From Mobula hypostoma (lineage: Eukaryota): DNA of 64,000 nt. This document shows, piece by piece, positions 48,966 to 61,850 of this stretch. Made by a program: the position numbers and the translations under genes. Under the pieces are notes generated by a model. That model searched no databases. It had not been told where the DNA came from and worked only from the letters and a program-made list of their open reading frames with translations. Location of the stretch: positions 233,184,001 to 233,248,000 of the forward strand of contig NC_086097.1 of the NCBI RefSeq assembly GCF_963921235.1, read 5' to 3'. Each line of letters starts with the position of its first letter. Position 1 is the stretch's first letter.

Positions 48966-51014
48966 ACAGGGAACACAATGGACCACAAAATAGCAGTAGA
49001 TCCGCACTGACAACTGAAAATAACCATTCACATGAACCTTTCAATATATGAATGCACCAGGCATTTTAAATTTATAATAAATGGCACTGATGAAATGCAA
49101 AAACTAAGAGGGGCACACTGTCTCAAACTTATACATAAGAACATGTGAGTTTCCTAATAGCTCCCTTGTCACCAGGCCTCATCAACATCGTCTGTCATTA
49201 TATAATTATTTCATCCAAACCATATAATATTCATTTTGCTTTGATTCTTGGGGGAACTCTGTCACCCGATTGCCCTGAATGCATACTTGGACGGAGAATG
49301 ATTGTTATATCTACAACTCCGCTCACCACACGGGTCTTCTGATTAGATTAGAATAGTTTTATTGTTCAAAGTTCAAAGTAAATTTATTATTAAAGTACAT
49401 ATATGTCCTCACATACAAGCCTGAGAGACATTTTCTTGTGGTCATACTCAATAAGTCTATAGAATAATGACAGTATTGGAATCAGTGAAAGACGGACCAA
49501 CTTGGGGGTTCAACCAGAGTACAAAGGACAACGAACTGTTCAAACACAAAGGAAGTAATAATCATGATAAATATATAAGCATGAAATATCAAGATCATGA
49601 GATGGAGGGTCTTTGAAAGTGAGTCCCTTGCTTGTAGGAACATTTTAATGATGGGGCAAGTGAAGCTGAGTGAAGTTATCCCCTTTGGTTCAAGGTCCTG
49701 ATAGTTAAGGGTTATTAACTGTTCCTGAACCTGGTGGTGTGAGCCCTGACGCTCCTGTACCTTCCTGCTGATGACAGCAGCATGAAGAGAGCATGCCCTA
49801 GGTTGTGGGGGTCCCTGATGATGGATGCTGCTTTCCCGCGACCTGTAGATGAACCCAATTGTCACATGTACCTCAAAACACACACAGTGAAACCTGTTGT
49901 TTTACGTCTAAATCAGATCAGCGAGGGTTGTGCTGGACGGCTCACAAGTATCGACACGCTTCCAGTACCAACGTATCATGCCCACAACTGCCTAACCCTA
50001 ACCATATATCTTTGGACTGTGGGAGGAAACCAGAGCACCTGAGGGAAACCCACTCGTTCATGGGGAAAATATATAAACTCCTTACAGACAACCCTGGGAA
50101 CTGAATCCCTGTCTTACTACTGGCACTGAAAGCATTGCACTAACCGCTACATTGCAGTGTAGTCAGCCATAAAGGTAGTGATTATTGATCTCTCCTTATG
50201 TCCCACATATCTGGAGCAATGTTAACAATAAGCTCACCTTAGTTTCTCTAAATTTTCAAATGAGATACTTAACAGATACCTATTGTATATTTTACACAAT
50301 TGCCCAAAGCCAAAATTATGACTTTTATCTTAGTTCAGCTGAAAGAACAAGCTTACAAGAAGATATTTTTAAATTTGTTATTCTGCTTTGAACTAGCTTC
50401 TAGCTACTTCAGCCACGCAAATCTAAACAGATGTCACCGTGCCATTTTTCATCATGGACTTGAAGTACATGCAAGTCAAATACATTTTCTGATACACTGT
50501 TGACATCTAATGTTATATTACCAACCAGCCTGAGGCAAGTTTCTACATCATCATTCACTGAGAAAGTGACCTGTAAGAACCAGGCCTTTCTTGTCTGTAA
50601 CACGGATATCAAAATGATCTGCATTCAACTAAGTTAAAATTAAGGGAAGTTTCCTTGACAAGTCTGTGATTTCCACGTTTCATTACCAGTTACAAGGATG
50701 GGTTGTCCAGACAAATCAAAATCAAAATTCACAAGTAATGTCCAAGGTGGTTTTTAATGGGAAAGTTTTTTTTACTCCAAACAATGAAGTTAAAATGTCT
50801 ATTGTATTTTATTATCTATTCTGGTTCATGAGGAAAGACCACCTAGTGGTGTTTGCAAGACATTAAGTCAAAAGTCAAAGTTAATGTAACATTTATTATT
50901 ATGCATGTTGTCATATGCTACATTGAGATTCACTTTCTTGCAGACATTTACAGGAAAATACAGCAATGCAATAGAACTTACATCCGAGGATCTATCCTGG
51001 GTCCAACAGTTACA

Positions 51015-51625
51015 AAGAAGGCATGACAATGACAATATTTCATTAGCAATTTGAGGAGATTTGATATGTCGCCAAAGACACTAGCAAGTTTCTGTAGACA
51101 TATCATGGAGAGCATTCTAACTGGCTGTATCACCATGGTATGGGGTGGGGGGGGGGAGAGATTTGGTGTGCACTGCACAGGATCGAAATAAGCTGCAATA
51201 AGTCGTAATCTCGGTCACCTTCATCATGGGCACTACCCTCCCCAGCATCCACGGCATCCAGGACATCTTCAAGGAGCGATGCCTCGAAAAAGTGGCATGC
51301 ATCATTAATGAGCCCCTTCACCCAGGGCGTACTCTCTTCTCATTGCTACCATCAGGGAGGAGGTACAGGAACCTGAACACAACGGTTCAGGAATAGCTTC
51401 TTCCTCTCTGCTCTCAGATGTCTGAATGGACATTGAACCTGTGAACACTACCCCACTACTTTTTTTCTCTTTCTGCACTACTTACTTAATTTAATGTTTT
51501 AAGCCCACAGTGTATATATATATATATATATATATATACATTTCTTACTGTAATTTGCAGTTTTTTTTATTATGTACTGCTACCACATAACAACAAATTT
51601 CATGACATATGCAAGTGATATTAAA
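51015..51625 (+). mobile_element. Rex1/Babar-type 3' fragment including a (TA)n microsatellite at 51513-51538
   Basis: gagagcattctaactggctgtatcacc...ccatcagggaggaggtacagga; the tail continues at 52328 after a CR1 insertion. Confidence 0.75.
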
Positions 51626-51626
51626 A

Positions 51627-52327
51627 GTAAATGGCAGGATACTTGGTAGTGTGGAGGAGCAGAGGGGTCTGGGGGTACATGTCTACAGATCCCTGAAAGT
51701 TGCCTCACAGGTAGATAGGGTAGTTAAGAAAGCTTATGGGGTGTTAGCTTTCATAAGTCGACGGATAGAGTTTAAGAGTCGCGAGGTAATGAAGCAGCTC
51801 TATAAAACTCTGGTTTGGCCACACTTGGAGTACTGTGTCCAGTTCTGGTCGCCTCACTATGGGAAGGATGTGGAAGCATTGGAAAGGGTACAGAGGAGAT
51901 TTACCAGGATGCTGCCTGGTTTAGAAAGTATGCAATATGATCAGAGATTAAGGGAGCTAGGGCTTTACTCTTTGGAGAGAAGGAGGATGAGAGGAGACAT
52001 GATAGAAGTGTACAAAATATTAAGAGGAATAGGTAGAGTGGATAGCCAGCGCCTCTTCCCCATGCTCAATACAAGAGGACATGGCCTTAAGGCAAGGGGT
52101 GCAAAGTTCAAGGTGGATATTAGAGGAAGGTTTTTCACTCAGAGAGTGGTTGGTGCGTGGAATGCACTGCCTGAGTCAGTGGTGGAGGCAGATACACTAG
52201 TGAAGTTTAGAAGACTACTAGACAGGTATATGGAGGAATTTAAGGTGGGAGGCAGGGTTTGAGGGTTGGCACATTATTGTGGGCCCAAGGGCTTGTAATG
52301 TGCTGTACTATTCTATGTTCTACATTC
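51627..52327 (+). mobile_element. 5'-truncated CR1 LINE (open 3' frame, ORF 51609-52262)
   Basis: PHLEYCVQFWSP, GDMIEVYKIL, WNALP; TSD tattaaaa at 51619-51626 and 52328-52335. Confidence 0.92.
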
Positions 52328-54359
52328 TATTAAAACTGATTCTGTTCCTAATTTGAATTCATAATTAAAACTATACATAAACAGAAACTGACGAACAACT
52401 AATGTGCCAAACAAGAAAAACTGTGCAAAAAGACACTGTGAATTTGAGTTGTAGAGTCCTTGAGATTGAGTCTATGGGTTGTAAAATCAGTTTAGAGTTG
52501 TGGTGAGTGAGGGTATCCATTCTAGTTCTGGAGCCTGATGGTTGGGCACTCCATGTCCTATCAGGGAAAAAAAACATCACCAGTTCATCATCCTTGTGTC
52601 CAAGTAAAACGACTTCTTACCCAACATATAATGCAACAAGTTACAACGTGACTCACCACCTTCCTCTCAGGGGGGATTAAGGCTTGGCAATAAGTCCTAT
52701 CCTTGCCTACTAAGATCATAAAGGAAATAAAGAAACCTAAGACTCTATTGGATATTTCTTGAAGACTTCTTGTGAGATTGAATTGAAATGCTTTTTAAGT
52801 TCTCATGTATTAATATTATTTTTACAATATAGATTGCAGTGAACCCTAGAATAATTGTTGTGTGAGGTGAGAGGCTCTGGCTAGGATTGGTGTGGGTTCA
52901 GCTCAGTGACAGAAACCGATTTGAAACTACTTCCTTTGTGCAACCTGCCATCTATCACCAGGGTAGAATCTGTTGTCTAGCAGCTGGCAGCACAAGATAG
53001 CAGTCACAGGGAGGAGGGAATCGGACATATGGAGTTAGAATGAGAAAAATTAAGGATTGGGGTTAGAGCATTTCAATCATTGGCAGGGTCTGGGATCACA
53101 GAAGCATTGGGATTGCTTGGACATTGGGATAGAAGAACATATCGTGAGAATGAGATTTCACAATCACCAGAAATGGCTGTCTGTTGGGGTGGAATGCAGG
53201 GTGGCAAGAGCTGAGTTCAGTCAGACTTTGGATGGTTGGTTTACACATATCACAGCGAAATGGGTATGACCATATTGAGAGATTTGCGATGAACTTCTGG
53301 ATTATCAGGCAGGCAAATCATAAGGAAGATTAAATACACTGATTCTTTGAGAGTGGTCTGGGTGGACTGATAGGAGCAAGTGTATTTGGGGAGGTTGCAG
53401 GAAGACATGGGACAGAAGGCAGATGGGGCTGGTTGGGGGCATTGCATACATTGCATGGGGTGGGGTTGGTGGTGTTCACTTCATGGACAGGTGAGGTTGG
53501 AAATAAGTGCTCAAGTTCTTTGTGGGGTGGCAACTAGTGTCATGCAAAACATGGTGGGTGAAAAGGTTGTGGGACTTCACAACTTCGCTTATTGAGAAAG
53601 CAAGAAGCTTTTTGTCTTCTTGGCCTTCAGGTGGAATCATGAAAGTACTCACTGTGCTGACCAGACAGTTCACAGCTTACACACAACATGTCCCTGCGAG
53701 GAGAATTATCACTGGACTGGACTAGAGAGAATGAAGCAGAATTGATAGTGGACTGGACTGGAGACAGGGTGATCCTGTTTGCCAAGTTTATCATTTTTAA
53801 TGGTTCACCAAGCCTGAAAGAACAGGGGTGTGAGTGAAACATTTTCCTTTAACATACTGATTAATTTCATCTTACATTTAATTTGTCATATATTTTCTCA
53901 GCTAACTAGTTTTTTTTTGCTTTCGTGTCTGATCGTGTGATAAAACAATATTTCATACTTCAGAAAGTTCTTAATATGTCATTAAAGTCATTATTTTCCT
54001 GTTATAATTTACCCAGCCGTAATCACTATGGAACGGACATATTTAAAATTACAAACAACAGAAAATCTGCAGATATTGGAATTATTTAAAATTAAAAGGG
54101 AACCATATTTTGAAATATTTCTGTGTTGTGAAATTAGTCCAAGCATGTGAAAACTTATATTTCAGATAGATTCCGCATTCAGCTAGCTTGTGCTCGGTTA
54201 AATTAGGTCAACTAGAGACTTACAATTAAATCATAATGTCAGTTAGCAGAAGTACTTAATTAAATTCAAAAAAGTCTAATAATCTATTTATAAATAAATC
54301 CTATTACAATTAATTTATAAAGTGGATTTTGGGACAGTTGTGGCCAAATATTGATGATG

Positions 54360-54680
54360 CCTGAAAGTGAGGGGGAAGGTAGCTGGGTGAGGAAGGGGAG
54401 AAATGAAGTGAGAAGCTGGGAGGTGATAGGTGGGAAAGATAAAGGGCTGAAGAAGAAGGAATTTGATAGGAGAATGGATTGGACCAACTGAGAAAGGGAA
54501 GGAGGAGGGGCATCATAGGGAGGTAATAGGCAGGTGAGAAGGAAGCAACAATGGGGAAATGAAAAATGGAGAAGAGGAGTGTGGCGAGAAATTACTGGGA
54601 AGTTAGAGAAATTGATGTTCATGCCATCAGATTGGAGGCTGCCAAGACAGATTAGGAGGTGGTGTTCCTCCAACTCAAGT
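54360..54680 (-). mobile_element. Penelope-like element 3' fragment (end of the GIY-YIG-region ORF plus pyrimidine-rich trailer)
   Basis: EEHHLLICLGSLQSDGMNINF resembles the Penelope-like C-terminal E..LI..LG.L.P.G.N motif. Confidence 0.65.
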
Positions 54681-56116
54681 GGTGTTGCCCACTAAGTGCT
54701 TTGCATTTTTATTATCTTCTTGAAGTGGCAACCTGGTTGAAGCATTCATAAGATCACCATCTGACTGTGCTGTGACGTAAAAGTAGAAAAGCTTGTTGGA
54801 TAATAAGCTCTAACTTGTTTCCATAAGACTAAAGGAAATAGGAGCAGTATTAGGCAATTTGGCTCGTTGAGTCTGCTCCATCATTACAACATGGCTGATT
54901 TATTAACCCTCTCAATCCCATTCTCCTGCCTTTTCCCCGTAACGTTGACAGCCTTACTCATCCTGAAATTATCAACATCTGCTTTAAGTATTCCCAATGA
55001 CTTGGCCTCCTGAGCCACCTGTGGCAATAAATTCCACAGATAATACAACCCTCTGTCTAAAGACATTCCTCCTCATCTCTGTTCTAAATAACCATTCCTC
55101 TAGTTGGAGACTGTACCTTCTAGTTATAGACTCACCCATTATTGGAAGCATCCTCCTTACATCCATTCTATGAAGACTTTTCAATGTTCGATAGATTTCA
55201 ATGAGATGCCTCTCATTCTTCTAAACTCAGTTAGTAGAGGCCCAGAGACATCATACGTTAACTCTTTTATTCACAAAGTCATTCTTGTGAACCCTCTCTA
55301 ATACCGGCACACATTCTCGTAGTTAAGTGATCCAAAGTTGCTTCAAGTGCTGTCTGACCAATGCTGTATAAAGCCTCAGCATTACTTGCTTGCTCTTATA
55401 TCCTAGTCCTCTCAAAATGAATGCTAACATTACATTTGCCTTTCTCACCACTGACTCAATCTGCAAGTTATCATTTAGAGAATCCTGCACAGCTTCCCAA
55501 GTACCTTTGCACCTCTGATTTTTTTATTTTTTCCCCTGTTTAGAAAATAGACTACAGCTTTCTTCCTTCTACCTAAGTGCATGACCATACACTTCCCTGT
55601 GCTATTTTTCATCTGCCACTCCTTTGCCCATTTTCCCAGTCTAAAAGCTAACCCTTGCTCCTTGGCACTACTTACCCCTCTATCTATCTTCATATCATCC
55701 TTAAACTTAGCCACAAAGCCCTCAATTCCGTCATCCGAGTAATTTACATATAATGTGAAAAGAAGCTTTCCCAACACGAACCTGTGTGGGGCTCCATTAT
55801 TCACCTGCAGCCAACCAGAAAAGGCCTCTGTATTCCTTCTCTTTGTCTCCTGCTAGTTATTACAAGAATCTTTCTTATAATACCATAGGCTGTTATCTTG
55901 TTAAGCAGCCTCATGTACTACACCATGGGTTCTCATCTTGTTATGCAGTCGAATGTGAGGCACCTTGTCAAATGTTAACAACATCCACTGACTCTCCTTG
56001 CCTGTAATTACCTCAAAAATTCCAACAGATTTGTCAGGGAAGATTTTTCCTTTAGGAAGCCTTGCTAACTTTGGCCTATTTTAGCATCTGCCTCTAAGTA
56101 CCCCAAAACATTATAG

Positions 56117-56955
56117 TAGTCATAGTCATACTTTATTAATCCCTGGGGAAATTGGTTTTCGTTACAGTTGCACCATAAATAATAAATAGTAATAGAACCA
56201 TAAATAGTTAAATAGTAATATGTAAATTATGAAATAAGTCCAGGACCAGCCTATTGGCTCTGGGTGTCTGACCCTCCAAGGGAGGACTTATAAAGTTTGA
56301 TGGCTGCAGGCAGGAATGACTTCCTATGATGCTCTGTGTTGCATCTCGGTGGAATGAGTCTCTGGCTGAATGTACTCCTGTGCCCACCCAGTACATTATG
56401 TAGACATTGACCAAGATGGCATGCAACTTAGACAGCATCCTCTTTTCAGACACCACCGTGAGAGAGTCCAGTTCCATCCCCACAACATCACTGGCCTTAC
56501 GAATGAGTTTGTTGATTCTGTTGGTGTCTTCTACCCTCAGCCTGCTGCCCTAGCACACAACAGCAAACATGATAGCACTGGCCACCACAGACTCGTAGAA
56601 CATCCTCAGCATCATCCAGCAGATGTTAAAGGACTTCAGTCTCCTCAGGAAATAGAGACGGCTCTGACCCTTCTTGTAGACAGCCTCAGTGTTCTACCAG
56701 TCCAGTTTATTGTCAATTCGTATCCCCAGGTATTTGTAATCCTCCACCATGTCCACACTGACCCCCTGGATGGAAACAGGGGTCACCAGTACCTTAGCTC
56801 TCCTCAGGTCTACCACCAGCTCCTTAGTCTTTTTCACATTAAGCTGCAGATAATTCTGCTCACACCATGTGACGAAGTTTCCTACCGTAGCCCTGTATTC
56901 AGCCTCATCTCCCTTGCTGATGCATCCAACTATGGCAGAGTCATCCGAAAACTTT
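56117..56955 (-). mobile_element. Rex1/Babar-type LINE 3' fragment, same young family as 9392-10501
   Basis: Reverse-complement match to ~9635-10490; (tagtca)n tail. Confidence 0.9.
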
Positions 56956-58170
56956 CTATCTTCCCAATCACCGAATTCGGGCTAACTGGTCTATAATTTC
57001 CTTTCTTCTGCCTTCATTCCTTAAAGAGTGGAGTGGCATTTGCAATTTTCCAATCCTCCAGAACTATTTCAGATTCTAGTAATTCTAGAAAGATCATTAT
57101 TAATGCCTCGACAGTTTCTTTAGATTACTCTTTCAGAACCCTAGGTGTAGCTCATCTGGTCTAGGTAACTTATCTGCCCTGAGACTTTTCAGCTTCTGAA
57201 GCACTTTCTCCTTAGTAATAGCAACAGCACTCACATCTGCCCCTTGACTCTCTTGAGTGTCTGGCATACTGCAAGCGTCCTCCATAGTGAAGATTAATTC
57301 AAAATACTTCATAAATTCCTCTACCATTTCTTTGTCCCTCATTTCTACCTCTTCAGTATCATCTTTCAGTGGTCAAATATCTTTTACTCTTTATATCTTT
57401 GGAAAAATCTATTGGTGTCCACTTTTATATTCTAGGCTTGCTTACCTTCATATTTCATTTTTTTCTTTCCTTATGGCTTTTATAGTTGCCTTCTTTTTTA
57501 TTTTGAAAAGCTTCCTAATTGTCTAACTTCCCACTATTTCTTTTATGTTGTCTTTGACTTCCCTTGTCAGCCATGGTTGCCCTTTAGAATACTTCTTCAT
57601 TGTTGGGATGTATTTATCCTGTGACTTCCGAATTATCCTCAGAAACTCCAGACATTGTTGTTCTGCCATCATCCCTAGAGTGTCCCCTTCCAATCAACTT
57701 TGACCAGCTCCTTTCTCATACTTCTGTAATTTCCTTTACTCCACTGGGGTAGTACTGTTACCTCTGACTTCATCTTCTCCTTCTCAAACTGCAGGGCAAG
57801 TCCTATCATATTATGATCACTGCTTCCTAAGGGTTCCTTCATGTTAAGCTCCTTAATAAAATTTGGTTCATTACATAATGCCCAATCAAGAATTGCCTTT
57901 CCCCTAATGGGCTCAACCACAAGCTGCTCCAAAAAGCTATTTCATAGGCATTCTGCAAGTTCCCTCTTGGGATCCATCACCAAACTGATCTTCCCAATTT
58001 ACCTGCATATTGAAATTCCTCATGTCTATCGGAACATTTTCTTTTTTGCATGCTATTTCTATCTCCCTTGTAATTTGTAGGCCTGTAAACAACTCCCATC
58101 AGTGTCTTTTTACTCTTTCAGCTTCATAATTTTACCTACAAGGACTCTACATCTTCTGATTCTATATCAC

Positions 58171-58566
58171 TGTCACAACCACTGATTCGGCAGCGCAGCA
58201 GATTCGGCAATTGCACTCATGAATATGCACGTTTCAGCTAATTATTATTTTATCATGATAGTATTTATCTCCATTCATTCTGTCACAGTATTTGTCGAGA
58301 CTTGGACACAGCAACGCTTCGCTGCCTGCTTGCATTCCGCCTTGCCTGAGAAACTGGACTGTCGAGTCAACTGACTCTGAAGACTAACGGTATTTGTTTT
58401 ACATTTAGTTGTTCTCTTCATTTGGCTTCATTTTCCATTTGGGAGTTTTAGTTAACGGCCCTGTTTGGCCTAGCATTTATTGCTTTCTTTTCCCTTTAAC
58501 ACTGTTTGCATTAAAGACTGAACTATCCACCTGCTTCAGTGTCTCTCACTCCACACCGGGTGTTAG
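58171..58566 (+). mobile_element. Probable solo LTR inserted in the CR1 endonuclease region
   Basis: Starts tgtcaca and contains attaaa; flanked by tcac at 58167-58170 and 58567-58570; homologous to 33136-33598. Confidence 0.65.
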
Positions 58567-59095
58567 TCACCTCTTCCTAAGGATTTGATTTCATTTTTAC
58601 CAACAGAGCCATGCAGCCCCCACTGCCTAACTGCCGCTCCTTTCAATACAATATGCATCATTAGATGTTAAGCTCCCAACTATGATCTTCCTTCAACCAT
58701 AACTAAGTGATGCCCACAATGTTGTACCTGTCAATCTCTAACTGGGCTACAAGATCATTTATCTTATTCTGTATGCTGCTTGCATTCAAATATAAAACTT
58801 TCATCCCTTTTCAACGTTGCCTCCATGTTACTCTTCAACTCATCCCACCATCTGTAAATTTACCCTATTATCTGCCTGTCCTTCCTCACAGTCTCACTAA
58901 CACTTACATGCATCTACTCGTATACCAACTGACCAATACTCAGCCCTATCATTCAGGTACCCATTCTCCTGCCAAATTAGTTTAAACCCTCCCCAACAGC
59001 TCTTGCAAACCTGCCCACAAGGATATTGGTTCCCCTCAGGTTTAGGTGTAGCCCATCCTTATTGTATAGATCATATCTTCTCCAGAAGAGATCCC

Positions 59096-59757
59096 AGGCA
59101 GTGAAGAAAGTTAATGGCATGCTGGCCTTCATAACAAGGGGAATTGCGTATAAGAGCAAAGAGGTCCTTCTGCAGCTGTACAGGGCCCTGGTGAGACCAC
59201 ACCTGGAGTACTGTGTGCAGTTTTGGTCTCCAAATTTGAGGAAGGACATTCTTGCTATTGAGGGAGTGCAGCATAGGTACATAAGGTTAATTCCCGGGAT
59301 GGCGGGACTGTTATATGTCGAAAGCTTGGAGCAACTGGGCTTGTATACTCTGGAATTTGGAAGGCTGAGAGGAGATCTTATTGAAACATATAAGATTATT
59401 AAGGGATTGGACACGCTGCAGGCAGGAAGCACGTTCCTGCTGATGGGTGAGTCCAGAACCAGAGGCCACAGTTTAAGAATTAGGGGTAGGCCATTTAGAA
59501 CAGAGTTGAGGAAAAACTTTTTCATCCAGAGAGTGGTGGATATACGGAATACTCTGCCCCAGAAGGCTGTGGAGGCCAAGTCTCTGGATGCTTTCAAAAA
59601 AGAGATGTATAGAGCTCTTAAAGATAGCGGAATCAAAGGGTATGGGGATAAGGCAGGAACTGGATACTGATAGTGGATGATCAGCCATGATCACAGTGAA
59701 TGGCAGTGCTGGCTCAAAGGGCCGAATGGCCTACTCCTGCACCTATTGTCTATTGTC
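59096..59757 (+). mobile_element. Young 5'-truncated CR1 (open frame to 59670) inserted into ORF1 of the older antisense CR1
   Basis: QAVKKVNGML...RPHLEYCVQFWSP; (ctattgt)n tail; host sequence gagatccca|atgatccag is interrupted. Confidence 0.92.
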
Positions 59758-61359
59758 AATGATCCAGAAATGTGAAACCCTGACCTGTACTAATTCCTCA
59801 GCTACACATTCATCCACCAAATCCTTCTATTCTTACCACCACTGATGCATGGCATAGGCAGCAATCCAGAGATTATTACCCTAGAAGTCCTGTTTTTCAG
59901 CTTTTTACCTAACTCCCTATATTCTCTCTTCAGGACCCTCTACCATTTCCTATCGAAATATGTACCATGACTTCTGGCTGTTTGCCCTCCCACTTTAGAA
60001 TGCTGTGTATCTCTGACCCTGGCACGTGGGTGTCTTTATCACATCCACAGCATCTCCTGTCTGCTCCCTATCACTACTGCACTCATCTACTCCCTCTTTC
60101 TTTCTGAACCACAGAGCCAGACTCAGTGCCCAAGACCTGCTTGCTGCTGCTTCTCCCTGGTAGATGGTCCCCCCATAACAGTATCCAAGGTGGTATACTT
60201 ATTATTGAGGGGAACAGCCACAAGGGTATTCTGCATTGGCTGCCTATTCTCTTTCCCTCTCCTGACAGTCACTCAGGTAACTACCTCCTGCAACTTGGGG
60301 GTGACTACCTCCCTGTGGCTCTAATCTATCACCTCCCAAATGCCCTGTAAGAGCAGAAGGTCATTGAGCTGTAGATTCATTTCGTTAACATGGCTTCCAT
60401 TGTTGGCATCTGTGACAATCAGTGAGGGAAACTGATATGTTTCAATGACCATGTTCGTCTTTCATTTTCCCAAACTACAACTACTCTGCCTTGACAAGGT
60501 CTTGTAGAGGATGAAGGCTTGGAAGGATGCCAGTGCTGCAGTTTGACATCTCCTGGCAGGTGGAAAATTAAGTTCATTGGAGATCTATGAATATGATAGA
60601 CCTGCACTTTGAAGAATTGTAGCTTTAGAAAACCCAGCAGATGTGTCAGCAATATTGGAGAACTTGCTCAAACATGATTGAATGACAAAACATCGTTGTG
60701 TGCCAAAAACCTTAAAGTCCAAATGGAAATTATGGCACAAAACTAGAAAAAGAGAAAGGAGTGTGGTGAACAAAAGGCTGATTCAGAGGCAGGATTTGGA
60801 CCCACCATTATAATCTCATTGACCCCATACAAAGTTCAAAGTTCATTTTCTTGCAGGTATTCACAGTAGCGCAAATACATCAAAAGAACAAAAAAAAACT
60901 ACATACAAAGACTGACAAGCAATCAAACTCTTCCTGAATGTGGTGGTGTGGGACCCAAGGCTCCTGTACCAACTTCCTGGTGGCATCAGAGAGAAGACAA
61001 CATGGCCTGGTTGAAGAAGGCCCTCGATGGTGGTTGCTGCCTGGCTGAGGAAGAGCTCCTTGTAGATGTGCTCAATGCTGATCGCTCAGCTTGGCAAATG
61101 GATGCAGGCTGGGAGAATTGGTAAAGGAGAGATAAATGGAATATAGTGATAAATATAGATGAACGAAGAAGACTGTCAGGATGCTACAGAAACTGATAGA
61201 GCACCACCCCTCTAGTTGAAATTCAGAGGCCTGCAGTTTGAATGGTGGCCTCTAACAATTAACATGGTGTTTGCAATTCTCATTGATTCTAGATGAAAGC
61301 TGGAGCTCACTACAGGCAGTCACTCAGGTTCTCCCACCCGCTTGCTGATATATTCCTCG

Positions 61360-61850
61360 TTTAGATTTTTTTAGATTATGAGGACACACAGTCCTCTTTT
61401 ATTGTCATTTAGTAATGCATGCATTAAAAAATGATACAATATTCCTCCGGTGTGATATCACAGAAGCGCAGGACAGACCAAGACTGAAAAACTAACAAAA
61501 ACCACATAATTATAGCATATAGTTACAACAGTGCAGCAATACCATAACTTGATGAAGAACAGGCCATGGCACAGTAAAAAAGTTCAAAGTCTCTCGAATG
61601 TCCCACATCTCACGCAGACGGGAGAAGGAAGAAAACTCTCCCTGCCATGCCCGACCAGTCCGACTCTGAGTCGTCCGAAAACTTCGAGCTCCGATTAGCC
61701 CTCAAACACCGAGTACCGAGTACCATCTCTGCCGAATGCTTCGACCTCAGCCTCAGTCGCCAGCAGCAGGCAAAGCCGGGGATTTAGGGGCCTTCCCTCC
61801 GGAAGTTTCTCGATTGCACAGTAGCAGCGGCAGCGATCCAGACATTTCAG
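61360..61850 (-). mobile_element. Young non-coding retroposon with CpG-rich body; shorter copy at 16480-16668
   Basis: Shared 3' ~190 bp; CpG-rich segment at 61610-61845; no RT-like frame seen. Confidence 0.65.

Larger units (their letters stand above)
54825..60400 (-). mobile_element. Near-full-length old CR1 (ORF1 esterase, endonuclease, RT and 3' tail), broken by three nested insertions
   Basis: ORF1 remnants YRELGKKLKNRTSRVIISGLLP and WDLFW...DGLHLNLRGTNIL...GLN*; endonuclease VLYLNASSIQNK and LGSSDHNMI; RT remnants; CR1 tail near 54830. Confidence 0.85.

Noticed and set aside
58977..59670. Two overlapping ~215-aa ORFs suggesting a novel fusion gene
   Set aside because: They are chance read-through across the junction between a young CR1 and the ORF1 of an older antisense CR1.
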